NCBI GenBank assembly: GCA_027391075.1
Contig: DAHYHI010000079.1
Span: forward strand, 1-64,000
Reading direction: 5' to 3'
Length of the DNA: 64,000 nt
DNA from: Acidimicrobiaceae bacterium
GTDB lineage: Bacteria > Actinomycetota > Acidimicrobiia > Acidimicrobiales > Palsa-688
Below the pieces are notes generated by a model that saw nothing but the letters and a program-made list of their open reading frames with translations, was not told the origin of the DNA and did no database searches. A program made the translations under genes and the position numbers. Position 1 is the first letter of the stretch. Each line of letters starts with the position of its first letter. Below, one piece after another: positions 56,604-64,000 of this stretch.

Positions 56604-58064
56604 CTACAGCCCCAGCGACACGTAGCGCGTGTCGAGGAACTCCTCTAGGCCGGCCTTGGCGCCTTCCCTGCCAAGCCCGCTGTGTTTCACGCCACCCATC
56701 GGGGCGAACGCCACAGAGGGCAGCGGATGATTTACGCCGACGATACCGACCTCGAGGCGTTCGGACATCCGCCAGACTCTTGACACGTCACGGGTGTAGA
56801 AGTAACCGGCTAGACCCAGATCTGTGTCGTTGGCCAAGGCCAGAGCTTCGTCGTCGCCGTCGAAGGGCACTACGGCGGCGACCGGCCCGAACACCTCGGT
56901 CGTCGCCAAGGAGCAGCCCGCCGGGACGTCGGCGAGGAAACCAGGTCGGTGGTAGCTGGCGCCTTCGGGCACGTCTGGGCTGTCCCCGAGCCATCTAGCA
57001 CCGCCAGAGACGGCCTCGTCTACCAGCTCCTGGACGGATTTGACCCTGGCGGAGTCGATCAGCGGCCCGAGGTCGGGTTCCGGGTTCCTGGCCGGGTCTC
57101 CGACCGACATCGCCGAGCACGCCGCAGCCAAGCGTGAGCAGACCTCCTCGAAGACCGGCCTTTCTACGAGCACCCGGTTCGCTGCGATGCAGGACTGACC
57201 ATTATTGCGGAACTTGGCTGTCATGAGACCTTCCACCGCTGCGTCGAGGTCGGCGTCGGCGAAGATGATGAAAGGTGCGTCGCCGCCGAGCTCCAATGCG
57301 CAGCGCACTATTCGAGCCGAAGCCGCGGCCATCAGCCGCGACCCGACCGGCGTCGAGCCGGTGAAGGTGACGACACGTACCGCCCGGTGGGCGAGCAGAG
57401 CGTCAGTGCACTCAGACGCGGGGCCTTGAACGAGGTTGACAACGCCGGGTGGTAGCCCAGCATCGTCAAGCGCTCTGAACAACTCGGCTACGGCGAGAGG
57501 CGCCTTCTCCGACGCTCTCGCCACGACGCTGCACCCGGCGGCGAGAGCTGCTGCAACTTTGCGGGCTTGGATGGACACCGGGAAGTTCCACGGCGTCAAG
57601 GAGGCGACCACGCCTACCGGTCGGGTCAAGGTCAGGTGACGCCTTGACGGATCCTCAGGGCTGAGCAGCTGGCCGTGAGGCTCGCGGACCGCCGAAGCGA
57701 ACCAGCGTAGGTAGGAGGCCGAGAAGTTGACCTCCCCGGCCGCTTCGGAGCGGCGTTTACCCGTCTCGGCGCTTAGAAGCTCGCCGACTTCTACGGCTCT
57801 TGACGCGAGGATCTCCGACGCGCGCTGCAGGATCGCAGCGCGCTGGCCGGGGGAGGTGTCGGCCCATGCTGGGAAGGCGGCGGCGGCGGCGTCGGCAGCC
57901 GCCGCCGTTGGCAGCGCGCCGGCGTAGGCGATCCGCCCGACGGGCTGATTGGTCGCCGGGTTGGTCACCGCCACAGACGTTGAGCCGGTTGGAACCTCCC
58001 ACGTGCCGTCGACAAGCCAGGGTGCCGGCCTTCCGGCCCCGATGAGCTCTGTGGTGGCCAGCAT
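56604..58064 (-). CDS. NAD(P)-dependent aldehyde dehydrogenase (2,5-dioxovalerate / succinate-semialdehyde DH-like)
   Basis: 486 aa; ALDH family catalytic Cys/Glu regions (ELGGDAPFIIF; NGQSCIAANRVLV). Confidence 0.8.
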   Translation of the reverse strand: MLATTELIGAGRPAPWLVDGTWEVPTGSTSVAVTNPATNQPVGRIAYAGALPTAAAADAAAAAFPAWADTSPGQRAAILQRASEILASRAVEVGELLSAETGKRRSEAAGEVNFSASYLRWFASAVREPHGQLLSPEDPSRRHLTLTRPVGVVASLTPWNFPVSIQARKVAAALAAGCSVVARASEKAPLAVAELFRALDDAGLPPGVVNLVQGPASECTDALLAHRAVRVVTFTGSTPVGSRLMAAASARIVRCALELGGDAPFIIFADADLDAAVEGLMTAKFRNNGQSCIAANRVLVERPVFEEVCSRLAAACSAMSVGDPARNPEPDLGPLIDSARVKSVQELVDEAVSGGARWLGDSPDVPEGASYHRPGFLADVPAGCSLATTEVFGPVAAVVPFDGDDEALALANDTDLGLAGYFYTRDVSRVWRMSERLEVGIVGVNHPLPSVAFAPMGGVKHSGLGREGAKAGLEEFLDTRYVSLGL

Positions 58065-58069
58065 CGACG

Positions 58070-59227
58070 TCAGGCGCTGCGGTAGAGCTTGGTGATCACG
58101 TACTCGCGATGGCCGAGCGTTTCGGCTGCTGTGAGGCGCCCGTTGATGGTCCTGTCTACGAGGGCCATGAGCCTGTCACCGGCCTCTCGGAGGTTGTAGT
58201 CCTGGGTGAGCAGGCCTGATACGTCCAAGTCGACGTGTTCGGCCATGGTCCTCGCCGTGAGTGGGTTGGCCGTGATCTTGATGACCGGTTCGATCGGATG
58301 GCCGATGATGTTGCCCTGGCCGGTAGGGAACAGGTGCAGTACGGCGCCGGCTGCCGCCATCAAGGTCACGCATTCGGCGGCCGCTGAGGACGTGTCCATG
58401 AAGTTGAGCCCGGGTCTCGTGGGAGGGCATGCAGGGCCGAGAGCGTCGACGACGGGAACTGTGCCGGTCTTGGAGATGTTGCCCATGGCCTTCTCCTCGA
58501 TGGTCGAAAGCCCTCCTCGTATGTTTCCTTGGGTCGGCTGTGAGCCGAGAAGGTCCACGCCTGCTGCAACTACCGTCTGTAGGTAGTCGTCGAAGAAGCC
58601 TTGGAACCTGGAGCGGACGTCGTCGTCGATGCAGCGGGCGGCTATAAGGTGCTCCCCGCCCGTGAGCTCGGTGGTCTCGCCGAACAGGACGGTCCCGTCG
58701 GCTCCGACGGTGCGGTCTACGACTTCAGACACGGTCGGGTTCGCGCCGAGTCCGCTGGTCGTGTCGGACTCGCCGCACTTGATGGACAGCATCACTTCTG
58801 CCCTCGAAACCGCTTCGCGGGTCAGTTCGCTAGCGTCTTGGAGAAGACGTGCTCCCAAGCGGGCGCCCTCTGCTATGACCGCCAAGTCGCCGTGGCGCTC
58901 TATGGATAGCCGCGCGACCGGCTTGCCTGTCGCTGCGATCCCGTCGGCCACCCGGTCGGTCCAGGTCGGTTCGATCCCCACCACCACTGCCGCCGCCACG
59001 TTCGGGTTGGCCCCGGTGCCGATGAGCGTGCGGAAGGTCAGCTCCAGGTCCTCGCCGAACTGCAGACGCCCGTAGGCGTGGGGGATCGCCAGCAGTCCGG
59101 GCACCAAGCGGGCGATGCCTTCCACGGCTGCGTTCGAGAGGTCGTCGACCGCAAGGACTATTACGTGGTTTCGTATACCTACCCGGCCGTCGGCTCGGCG
59201 GTAACCGGTCAGTGCTGCGCTTGCCAT
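58070..59227 (-). CDS. UxaA/GarD-family sugar-acid dehydratase, large (C-terminal) subunit
   Basis: 385 aa; altronate/galactarate dehydratase C-terminal domain pattern; follows a separate SAF-domain small subunit. Confidence 0.7.
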   Translation of the reverse strand: MASAALTGYRRADGRVGIRNHVIVLAVDDLSNAAVEGIARLVPGLLAIPHAYGRLQFGEDLELTFRTLIGTGANPNVAAAVVVGIEPTWTDRVADGIAATGKPVARLSIERHGDLAVIAEGARLGARLLQDASELTREAVSRAEVMLSIKCGESDTTSGLGANPTVSEVVDRTVGADGTVLFGETTELTGGEHLIAARCIDDDVRSRFQGFFDDYLQTVVAAGVDLLGSQPTQGNIRGGLSTIEEKAMGNISKTGTVPVVDALGPACPPTRPGLNFMDTSSAAAECVTLMAAAGAVLHLFPTGQGNIIGHPIEPVIKITANPLTARTMAEHVDLDVSGLLTQDYNLREAGDRLMALVDRTINGRLTAAETLGHREYVITKLYRSA

Positions 59228-59541
59228 CTCGTGCTCCTGATGTTGTGGACGTGTACCAGATCTCCGGTGGCGATAGCCCTGCGCGCCGCTCCGATCGTCT
59301 CTCCGTATTCGATGACCGCCTGGCCTTCGCTCAGGTCGGTCAAAGCGAGCTTGTGGCCAAGAGGTATCGGCTCGTTGACTCGCACCTGGCTACGTTGCGG
59401 AGATGTGAGCACTGCCATCTCGGCTGTCCCGGGCTCGACGTCTCTGACTGCGACAGCGACGGAGTCACCGGGTTCGTGCGCGAGGAACCCCAGTTTCTCG
59501 CCGGCGGCTTCCCCAGGGGAGCCTAATTCGTTCTCAGTCAT
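59209..59541 (-). CDS. UxaA/GarD-family dehydratase small subunit (SAF domain)
   Basis: about 110 aa from the internal Met MTENELG with RBS; SAF-domain-like beta pattern; 19-nt overlap with the large subunit. Confidence 0.6.
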   Translation of the reverse strand: MTENELGSPGEAAGEKLGFLAHEPGDSVAVAVRDVEPGTAEMAVLTSPQRSQVRVNEPIPLGHKLALTDLSEGQAVIEYGETIGAARRAIATGDLVHVHNIRSTRWQAQH

Positions 59542-59628
59542 CAGCACCTTTCTGTCCTCTAGCGCCTGCCAGGAAACCCGACAGGTATGACCTCTTGCCA
59601 CTGAGGCTAGTCCCGTACGAGTCGGCCG

Positions 59629-60549
59629 TCAAGTGCCCGTTCGGCCGGTCCTCGCTCTGGCCGCGCCAGACCGGCTCGTCGCTGCAGGGGCCGTTCGGGC
59701 ACGCTGGGCGTTTCCGGCACGCCGGGTGCCTTGGACGTCGGAAGTCACCGCAGCTGCGCCGTCGAAGGCGGCCTCGGCCTGCTCGCGGTGGATGCGGGCC
59801 AGCGCAGCGTCTCTGGCGCCTTCGATGTGGGCTGCGGCGGCCTCTCGCGCCGCTTGGGAGTCGCGGTCGCGGATCGCCTCGAAAAGCTTCCGGTGATCCT
59901 TGCGGGCCTGGTCGACGCGACCGGGGATCGTGAGGGTCGTCTCCATGCCGGCGGTGATCATCTCTTGAAGGACGCCTTGGGTCTGTAACAGAAAACGGTT
60001 CTTCGCCATCTCCACGATCCGCATGTGGAACGCCGTGTCGAGCTGGCGCAGAACCGCGAAGTCGATCGGGCCGACCCTGGACTTCTCCTCGGCCTCTAGA
60101 TGATGGCCTAGGGCTTCGACCTCGCGGTTGGTGGCGACCTCTGCGGCCCATTCCGCGGCGGGGACCTCCAGCACTTGGCGCATAGCGAACAACTCGGCAA
60201 GGGAGACTTCCATGCTCGCAAGGCGCGACCTGATCGCCACTTGGTCGCCGGTGCCGACGAACACCCCCTGGCCGTGCTTTACGACGACCCTTCCGCGCGC
60301 CTCCAAGACCCTGACGGCCTCGCGCAGCGCCGGTCGACTCACGCCAAGGAGTCTTGCCATTTCACGCTCCGAAGGTAGGCGCTGGCCTTCTTGGAGATCC
60401 TCTGTTTGGATCAGTTCGTCGAGGCGGGCGACGATCCTGTCGGTCAGGCTTCCGGATTCTTTTATCGGGCTCCAAAGGCTGCCCATACGCTGAGACCTCC
60501 AATGCGACTCCGGTTCGACGCCGACCGGCTCTTCGACCTCTACGATCAT
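59629..60549 (-). CDS. GntR-family (FCD subfamily) transcriptional regulator of the sugar-acid operon
   Basis: 306 aa; wHTH LPSEREMARLLGVSRPALREAVRVLEARG plus helical FCD domain. Confidence 0.8.
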   Translation of the reverse strand: MIVEVEEPVGVEPESHWRSQRMGSLWSPIKESGSLTDRIVARLDELIQTEDLQEGQRLPSEREMARLLGVSRPALREAVRVLEARGRVVVKHGQGVFVGTGDQVAIRSRLASMEVSLAELFAMRQVLEVPAAEWAAEVATNREVEALGHHLEAEEKSRVGPIDFAVLRQLDTAFHMRIVEMAKNRFLLQTQGVLQEMITAGMETTLTIPGRVDQARKDHRKLFEAIRDRDSQAAREAAAAHIEGARDAALARIHREQAEAAFDGAAAVTSDVQGTRRAGNAQRARTAPAATSRSGAARARTGRTGT

Positions 60550-60640
60550 AAGCCACCCGCTACATGTGGTAAGAGGTCAGGACAACTGTGAGGCCAATGC
60601 CCCTGCGGACGGCGCCGGCCGCCGTAGGATGGCACCCGCT

Positions 60641-63600
60641 ATGGCTGACATCAACGAGGATTCTCTGCCCGCAAGCTCTCAAGGTTCGGCTTCACGTTTT
60701 GGGGCTAACGCCTGGCTGGTCGACGACATGTACGAGCAGTACCGCCGGGACCCTGCTTCGGTCAGTGACTCCTGGAAGGAGTTCTTCGAGAACTACCGGC
60801 CCGGCGGCGTGAATCTGGCGAGACCCGCCAGCCCCGAGGCGACGGCCAGAACAGCCGGGCGGATCGCCGGTGGCGGTGGCCAGGCTACCGACCCCGGCGC
60901 CTCGGCGAACGGTACAGGCGGCCGGGTAGGGTCAGGTAGGGCTGACCCAACTCCAGCTTCAGCGCGCAGCGCCCCGTCGACAGGGATTTCGACCCCAGCC
61001 GACCACGCCGGCGCTAGCGCGGGCGGGGATCCGGCCAACCCGCTGCGGGGGGCGGCTCTGCGGGTAGCGGCGAACATGACGGCCAGCCTCGGGGTGCCGA
61101 CGGCCACCAGCTTTAGGGTTGTCCCGGCCAAGCTCCTCGAAGTGAACCGCCGGATGCTGAACAACCAACTCTCGCGAACTGGGTCGGCGGGCAAGATCAG
61201 CTTTACCCACCTCATTGCGTTCGCCGTTTTGCGGGCGGTGGCCGGGGTGCCGGGGCTGAACTCTAGCTTCGTCGACGCTGAGAGCTCTGATCCCAAATCG
61301 GCTCCCGCCGTGGTGCGTCACCGTCACGTAGGGCTTGGGATCGCCGTAGACGTGGAGAAGGCCGACGGCAGCCGGAGCCTGATGGTTCCGGTGATCAAGA
61401 ACGCGGACGAGATGGACTTCCGGGACTTCTGGCTGGCCTACGAGGACCTGATACGCAAAGTGCGTTCCAACAAGATCGGCGCGGACGACCTTGCCGGGGC
61501 GACGATCACGGTGACCAACCCTGGGACGATCGGCACCGTTCAGTCCGTGCCGAGGCTGATGCCAGGCCAGGGGGCGATCATTGGGGTCGGGTCTATCGAC
61601 TATCCGGCCGAGTGGCAGGCTGCCGACCCCCGAGTGCTAGCCGAGCTCGGCGTCTCCAAGGTGGTCACCCTGACGAGCACCTACGACCACAGGATCATCC
61701 AAGGCGCGGAGTCGGGGCTTTTCCTCCAAAGGGCGCACCAGTTGTTGGTCGGTTCGGAGGGTTTCTACCACGACATCTTCAAGTCGATGGGCGTTCCCTA
61801 CGAGCCTGTTCCCTACGGTAAGGACGCCAACGACCTGGCGGACACGGCCGACCTGCGCCAGCGTAAGCAGGTCCACGTGGACAACCTGATCAACCTCTAC
61901 CGCGTCCGCGGTCACCTTATCGCTCACCTGGACCCGCTGGACTGGAAAGACCCCCACATGCACCCCGAGCTCGACCCGGCGACGCACGGGCTCTCCTTGT
62001 GGGATCTCGACAGGGAGTTCTACACGAACGGGCTGGCTGGCACCGAGTCGATGCGGCTCGGCGACATACTCGGCGTGCTGCGAGACGCTTACTGCCGCAC
62101 TGTCGGAGTCGAGTACATGCACATCCAAGACCCCGACCAGAAGCGTTGGATACAAGAGCGCGTAGAGGGTGTGCCCACCTCCCTTGCGATAGACGACCAG
62201 AGGTGGATTCTCGACAGGCTTAACGCCGCCGAGGCGTTAGAACAGTTCCTGAACACCAAGTACATCGGCCAGAAGCGGTTCGGTCTCGAGGGCGGCGAGG
62301 CGGCGATAGCGCTCGTGGATGCTGTCATAGACGAGGCGGCGACGGACGGGATCTCCCAGGTGGTCCTCGGCATGGCGCATCGGGGAAGGCTCAACGTCCT
62401 GATCAACATCGTCGGCAAGAGTTACAAGGACCTCTTCGAGGAGTTCGAGGGCAATATCGACCCTGGAAGCGTCCAAGGTTCCGGCGACGTCAAATACCAC
62501 AAGGGCTTCAGGGGGAAGTTCACCGGTCGCTCGGGAGTGACCGTGGACGTCATTCTCGCTTCGAACCCGTCGCACCTAGAAGCCGTCGACCCCGTCGTCG
62601 AAGGCATAGCCAGAGCGTGCCAAGACGAGGTCGCGTCGCCCGGCGAGCATCCGGTCCTGGCTCTTTTGATCCACGGCGACGCCGCGTTCGCTGGACAGGG
62701 GGTCGTGGCGGAGACCCTCAACATGTCGGCGCTTCCCGGCTACGAGACCGGCGGAACCGTCCACCTGGTGATCAACAACCAGCTCGGTTTCACGACCAAC
62801 CCCGACGCCGCCCGCTCGTCGGTGTACGCCACCGACGTGGCGAGGATGATCCAAGCCCCGATCTTCCACGTCAACGGGGACGACCCTGAGGCGTGCGTAA
62901 GAGTCGGAAGGCTCGCGTTCGCGTTCCGCCAGCAGTTCCACAAAGACGTCGTCATCGACATGGTCTGTTATCGCCGCTACGGCCACAATGAACAGGACGA
63001 CCCGTCTTTGACCCAGCCTTTGCTCTATCAGATGATCAAAGAGCATCGAAGCGTCCGCAAGCTGTACACCGAGTCCCTGGTACGGCGCGGCGACATCGAC
63101 ATGGCCGAGGCGGAGCGGGCGTTGGCGGACTTCTCGTCGCGGCTGCAGTCGGCTTTGGACGAGACCAGGGCAGCAGCGCCGCCCAAGCCGACGCACGTCC
63201 CACCGGCGCCCGAGCCAGCACCGGTCCTGCCGCCCGAGGAGACAGGAGTTTCCAAGGAGAACCTCGACCGGGTCGTGGCGGCGCTGTCGCGCTTTCCTGA
63301 CGGCTTCACGGTTCACCCCAAGTTGACACGGGTGTTCGACACGAGGACGAGGCTGTGGGAGTCAGGCGAGGCGGACTGGGCCTTGGGCGAGGCGCTCGCT
63401 TTCGGCACTTTGCTGCTCGAAGGCCGCGACGTCCGCCTCGCTGGCCAGGACACCCGGCGGGGGACTTTCGGCCATCGCAACGCCGCTGTCGTCGACTACA
63501 GGACCGGAGCCGAGTACCTTCCCCTGGGTGCCCTCGGGCCCGGCCGGTTCAGCATCTACGACTCGCTCCTTTCCGAGTACGCGGCCTTGGGTTTCGAGTA

Positions 63601-64000
63601 CGGCTACTCGCTGATAGCCCAAGATGGGCTGGTCGCATGGGAGGCGCAGTTCGGCGACTTCGTAAACGGGGCGCAGATTGTCATAGACCAGTTCTTGGCG
63701 GCGGCGGAGATCAAGTGGGGCCAGCAGTCTGGTCTGACTTTGCTCCTACCTCACGGCTACGAAGGTCAAGGCGCCGAGCACTCCTCGGCGCGAATCGAGC
63801 GCTTCTTGGACCTCTGCGCCGAGGACAACATGCAGGTCGTCAACGCCACCACGGCGTCGCAGCTGTTCCACCTGCTGCGCAGGCAGGTGGTGCGCACAAG
63901 CCGCAAACCTCTCATCGTGTTTACCCCGAAGCGCTATCTGAGGGGTCGTGAAGCGTACAGTCCCCTCGGCGAGTTCACCTCGGGGCATTTCCGCGAAGTG
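60641..64000 (+). CDS. kgd: multifunctional 2-oxoglutarate dehydrogenase E1 component with fused E2-like succinyltransferase domain (actinobacterial Kgd/OdhA type), 3'-truncated by window end
   Basis: ATG at 60641; N-terminal GANAWLVDDMYEQYRRDPASVSDSWKEFFENY; E2-like catalytic segment (TYDHRIIQGAESGLFL); ThDP-dependent E1 core; no stop before position 64000, so it is absent from the ORF track. Confidence 0.85.
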   Translation, partial: MADINEDSLPASSQGSASRFGANAWLVDDMYEQYRRDPASVSDSWKEFFENYRPGGVNLARPASPEATARTAGRIAGGGGQATDPGASANGTGGRVGSGRADPTPASARSAPSTGISTPADHAGASAGGDPANPLRGAALRVAANMTASLGVPTATSFRVVPAKLLEVNRRMLNNQLSRTGSAGKISFTHLIAFAVLRAVAGVPGLNSSFVDAESSDPKSAPAVVRHRHVGLGIAVDVEKADGSRSLMVPVIKNADEMDFRDFWLAYEDLIRKVRSNKIGADDLAGATITVTNPGTIGTVQSVPRLMPGQGAIIGVGSIDYPAEWQAADPRVLAELGVSKVVTLTSTYDHRIIQGAESGLFLQRAHQLLVGSEGFYHDIFKSMGVPYEPVPYGKDANDLADTADLRQRKQVHVDNLINLYRVRGHLIAHLDPLDWKDPHMHPELDPATHGLSLWDLDREFYTNGLAGTESMRLGDILGVLRDAYCRTVGVEYMHIQDPDQKRWIQERVEGVPTSLAIDDQRWILDRLNAAEALEQFLNTKYIGQKRFGLEGGEAAIALVDAVIDEAATDGISQVVLGMAHRGRLNVLINIVGKSYKDLFEEFEGNIDPGSVQGSGDVKYHKGFRGKFTGRSGVTVDVILASNPSHLEAVDPVVEGIARACQDEVASPGEHPVLALLIHGDAAFAGQGVVAETLNMSALPGYETGGTVHLVINNQLGFTTNPDAARSSVYATDVARMIQAPIFHVNGDDPEACVRVGRLAFAFRQQFHKDVVIDMVCYRRYGHNEQDDPSLTQPLLYQMIKEHRSVRKLYTESLVRRGDIDMAEAERALADFSSRLQSALDETRAAAPPKPTHVPPAPEPAPVLPPEETGVSKENLDRVVAALSRFPDGFTVHPKLTRVFDTRTRLWESGEADWALGEALAFGTLLLEGRDVRLAGQDTRRGTFGHRNAAVVDYRTGAEYLPLGALGPGRFSIYDSLLSEYAALGFEYGYSLIAQDGLVAWEAQFGDFVNGAQIVIDQFLAAAEIKWGQQSGLTLLLPHGYEGQGAEHSSARIERFLDLCAEDNMQVVNATTASQLFHLLRRQVVRTSRKPLIVFTPKRYLRGREAYSPLGEFTSGHFREV

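Overview
This is a high-GC, actinobacterial-type chromosomal segment, densely coding on both strands with about 54 CDS. I found no rRNA, tRNA, CRISPR array, IS element or integrase. Most of the window is core or accessory metabolism rather than an obvious mobile island.

Content from left to right:
- a divergent ZnuA-like lipoprotein / Zur pair with an AT-rich intergenic region
- a ChrB-domain protein, a PAP2 phosphatase, a CYTH-CHAD protein, pterin-4a-carbinolamine dehydratase and a TldD/TldE pair
- a NodB deacetylase and ArgG
- an orphan Dam-family (D12) N6-adenine DNA methyltransferase, followed by an NfeD-like OB-fold gene and a flotillin gene
- YceI
- an operon of an M20D amidohydrolase and two fold-type-II PLP enzymes
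- two tandem membrane c-di-GMP proteins: GGDEF-EAL, and degenerate HD-GYP / PAS / GGDEM
- a GntR-controlled ferredoxin / Rieske oxygenase / PanB-like operon, with RpiB, an NMT1-fold protein, ferredoxin reductase and a cupin nearby
- an MFS transporter
- a Liv-type ABC transporter with a triple-fused LivH-LivM-LivG polypeptide
- YbaK, then divergent purE and purK
- a class II aldolase
- a cytochrome b6-type di-haem protein translationally coupled to a Cys-free bitopic membrane protein
- a secreted protein, an MFS transporter, a SAM methyltransferase, an alpha/beta hydrolase and EttA
- a GH31 glycosidase
- a large oxidative sugar-acid (Weimberg / glucarate-type) operon with its GntR regulator
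- the 5' part of an actinobacterial multifunctional 2-oxoglutarate dehydrogenase (Kgd/OdhA type)

The candidates I would look at first as possibly undescribed:
- the M20D plus two-PLP operon
- the stand-alone b6-type cytochrome pair
- the orphan Dam-like methyltransferase next to the TM-less nfeD-flotillin pair
- the HD-GYP / PAS / GGDEM protein
- the Rieske / PanB-like cluster
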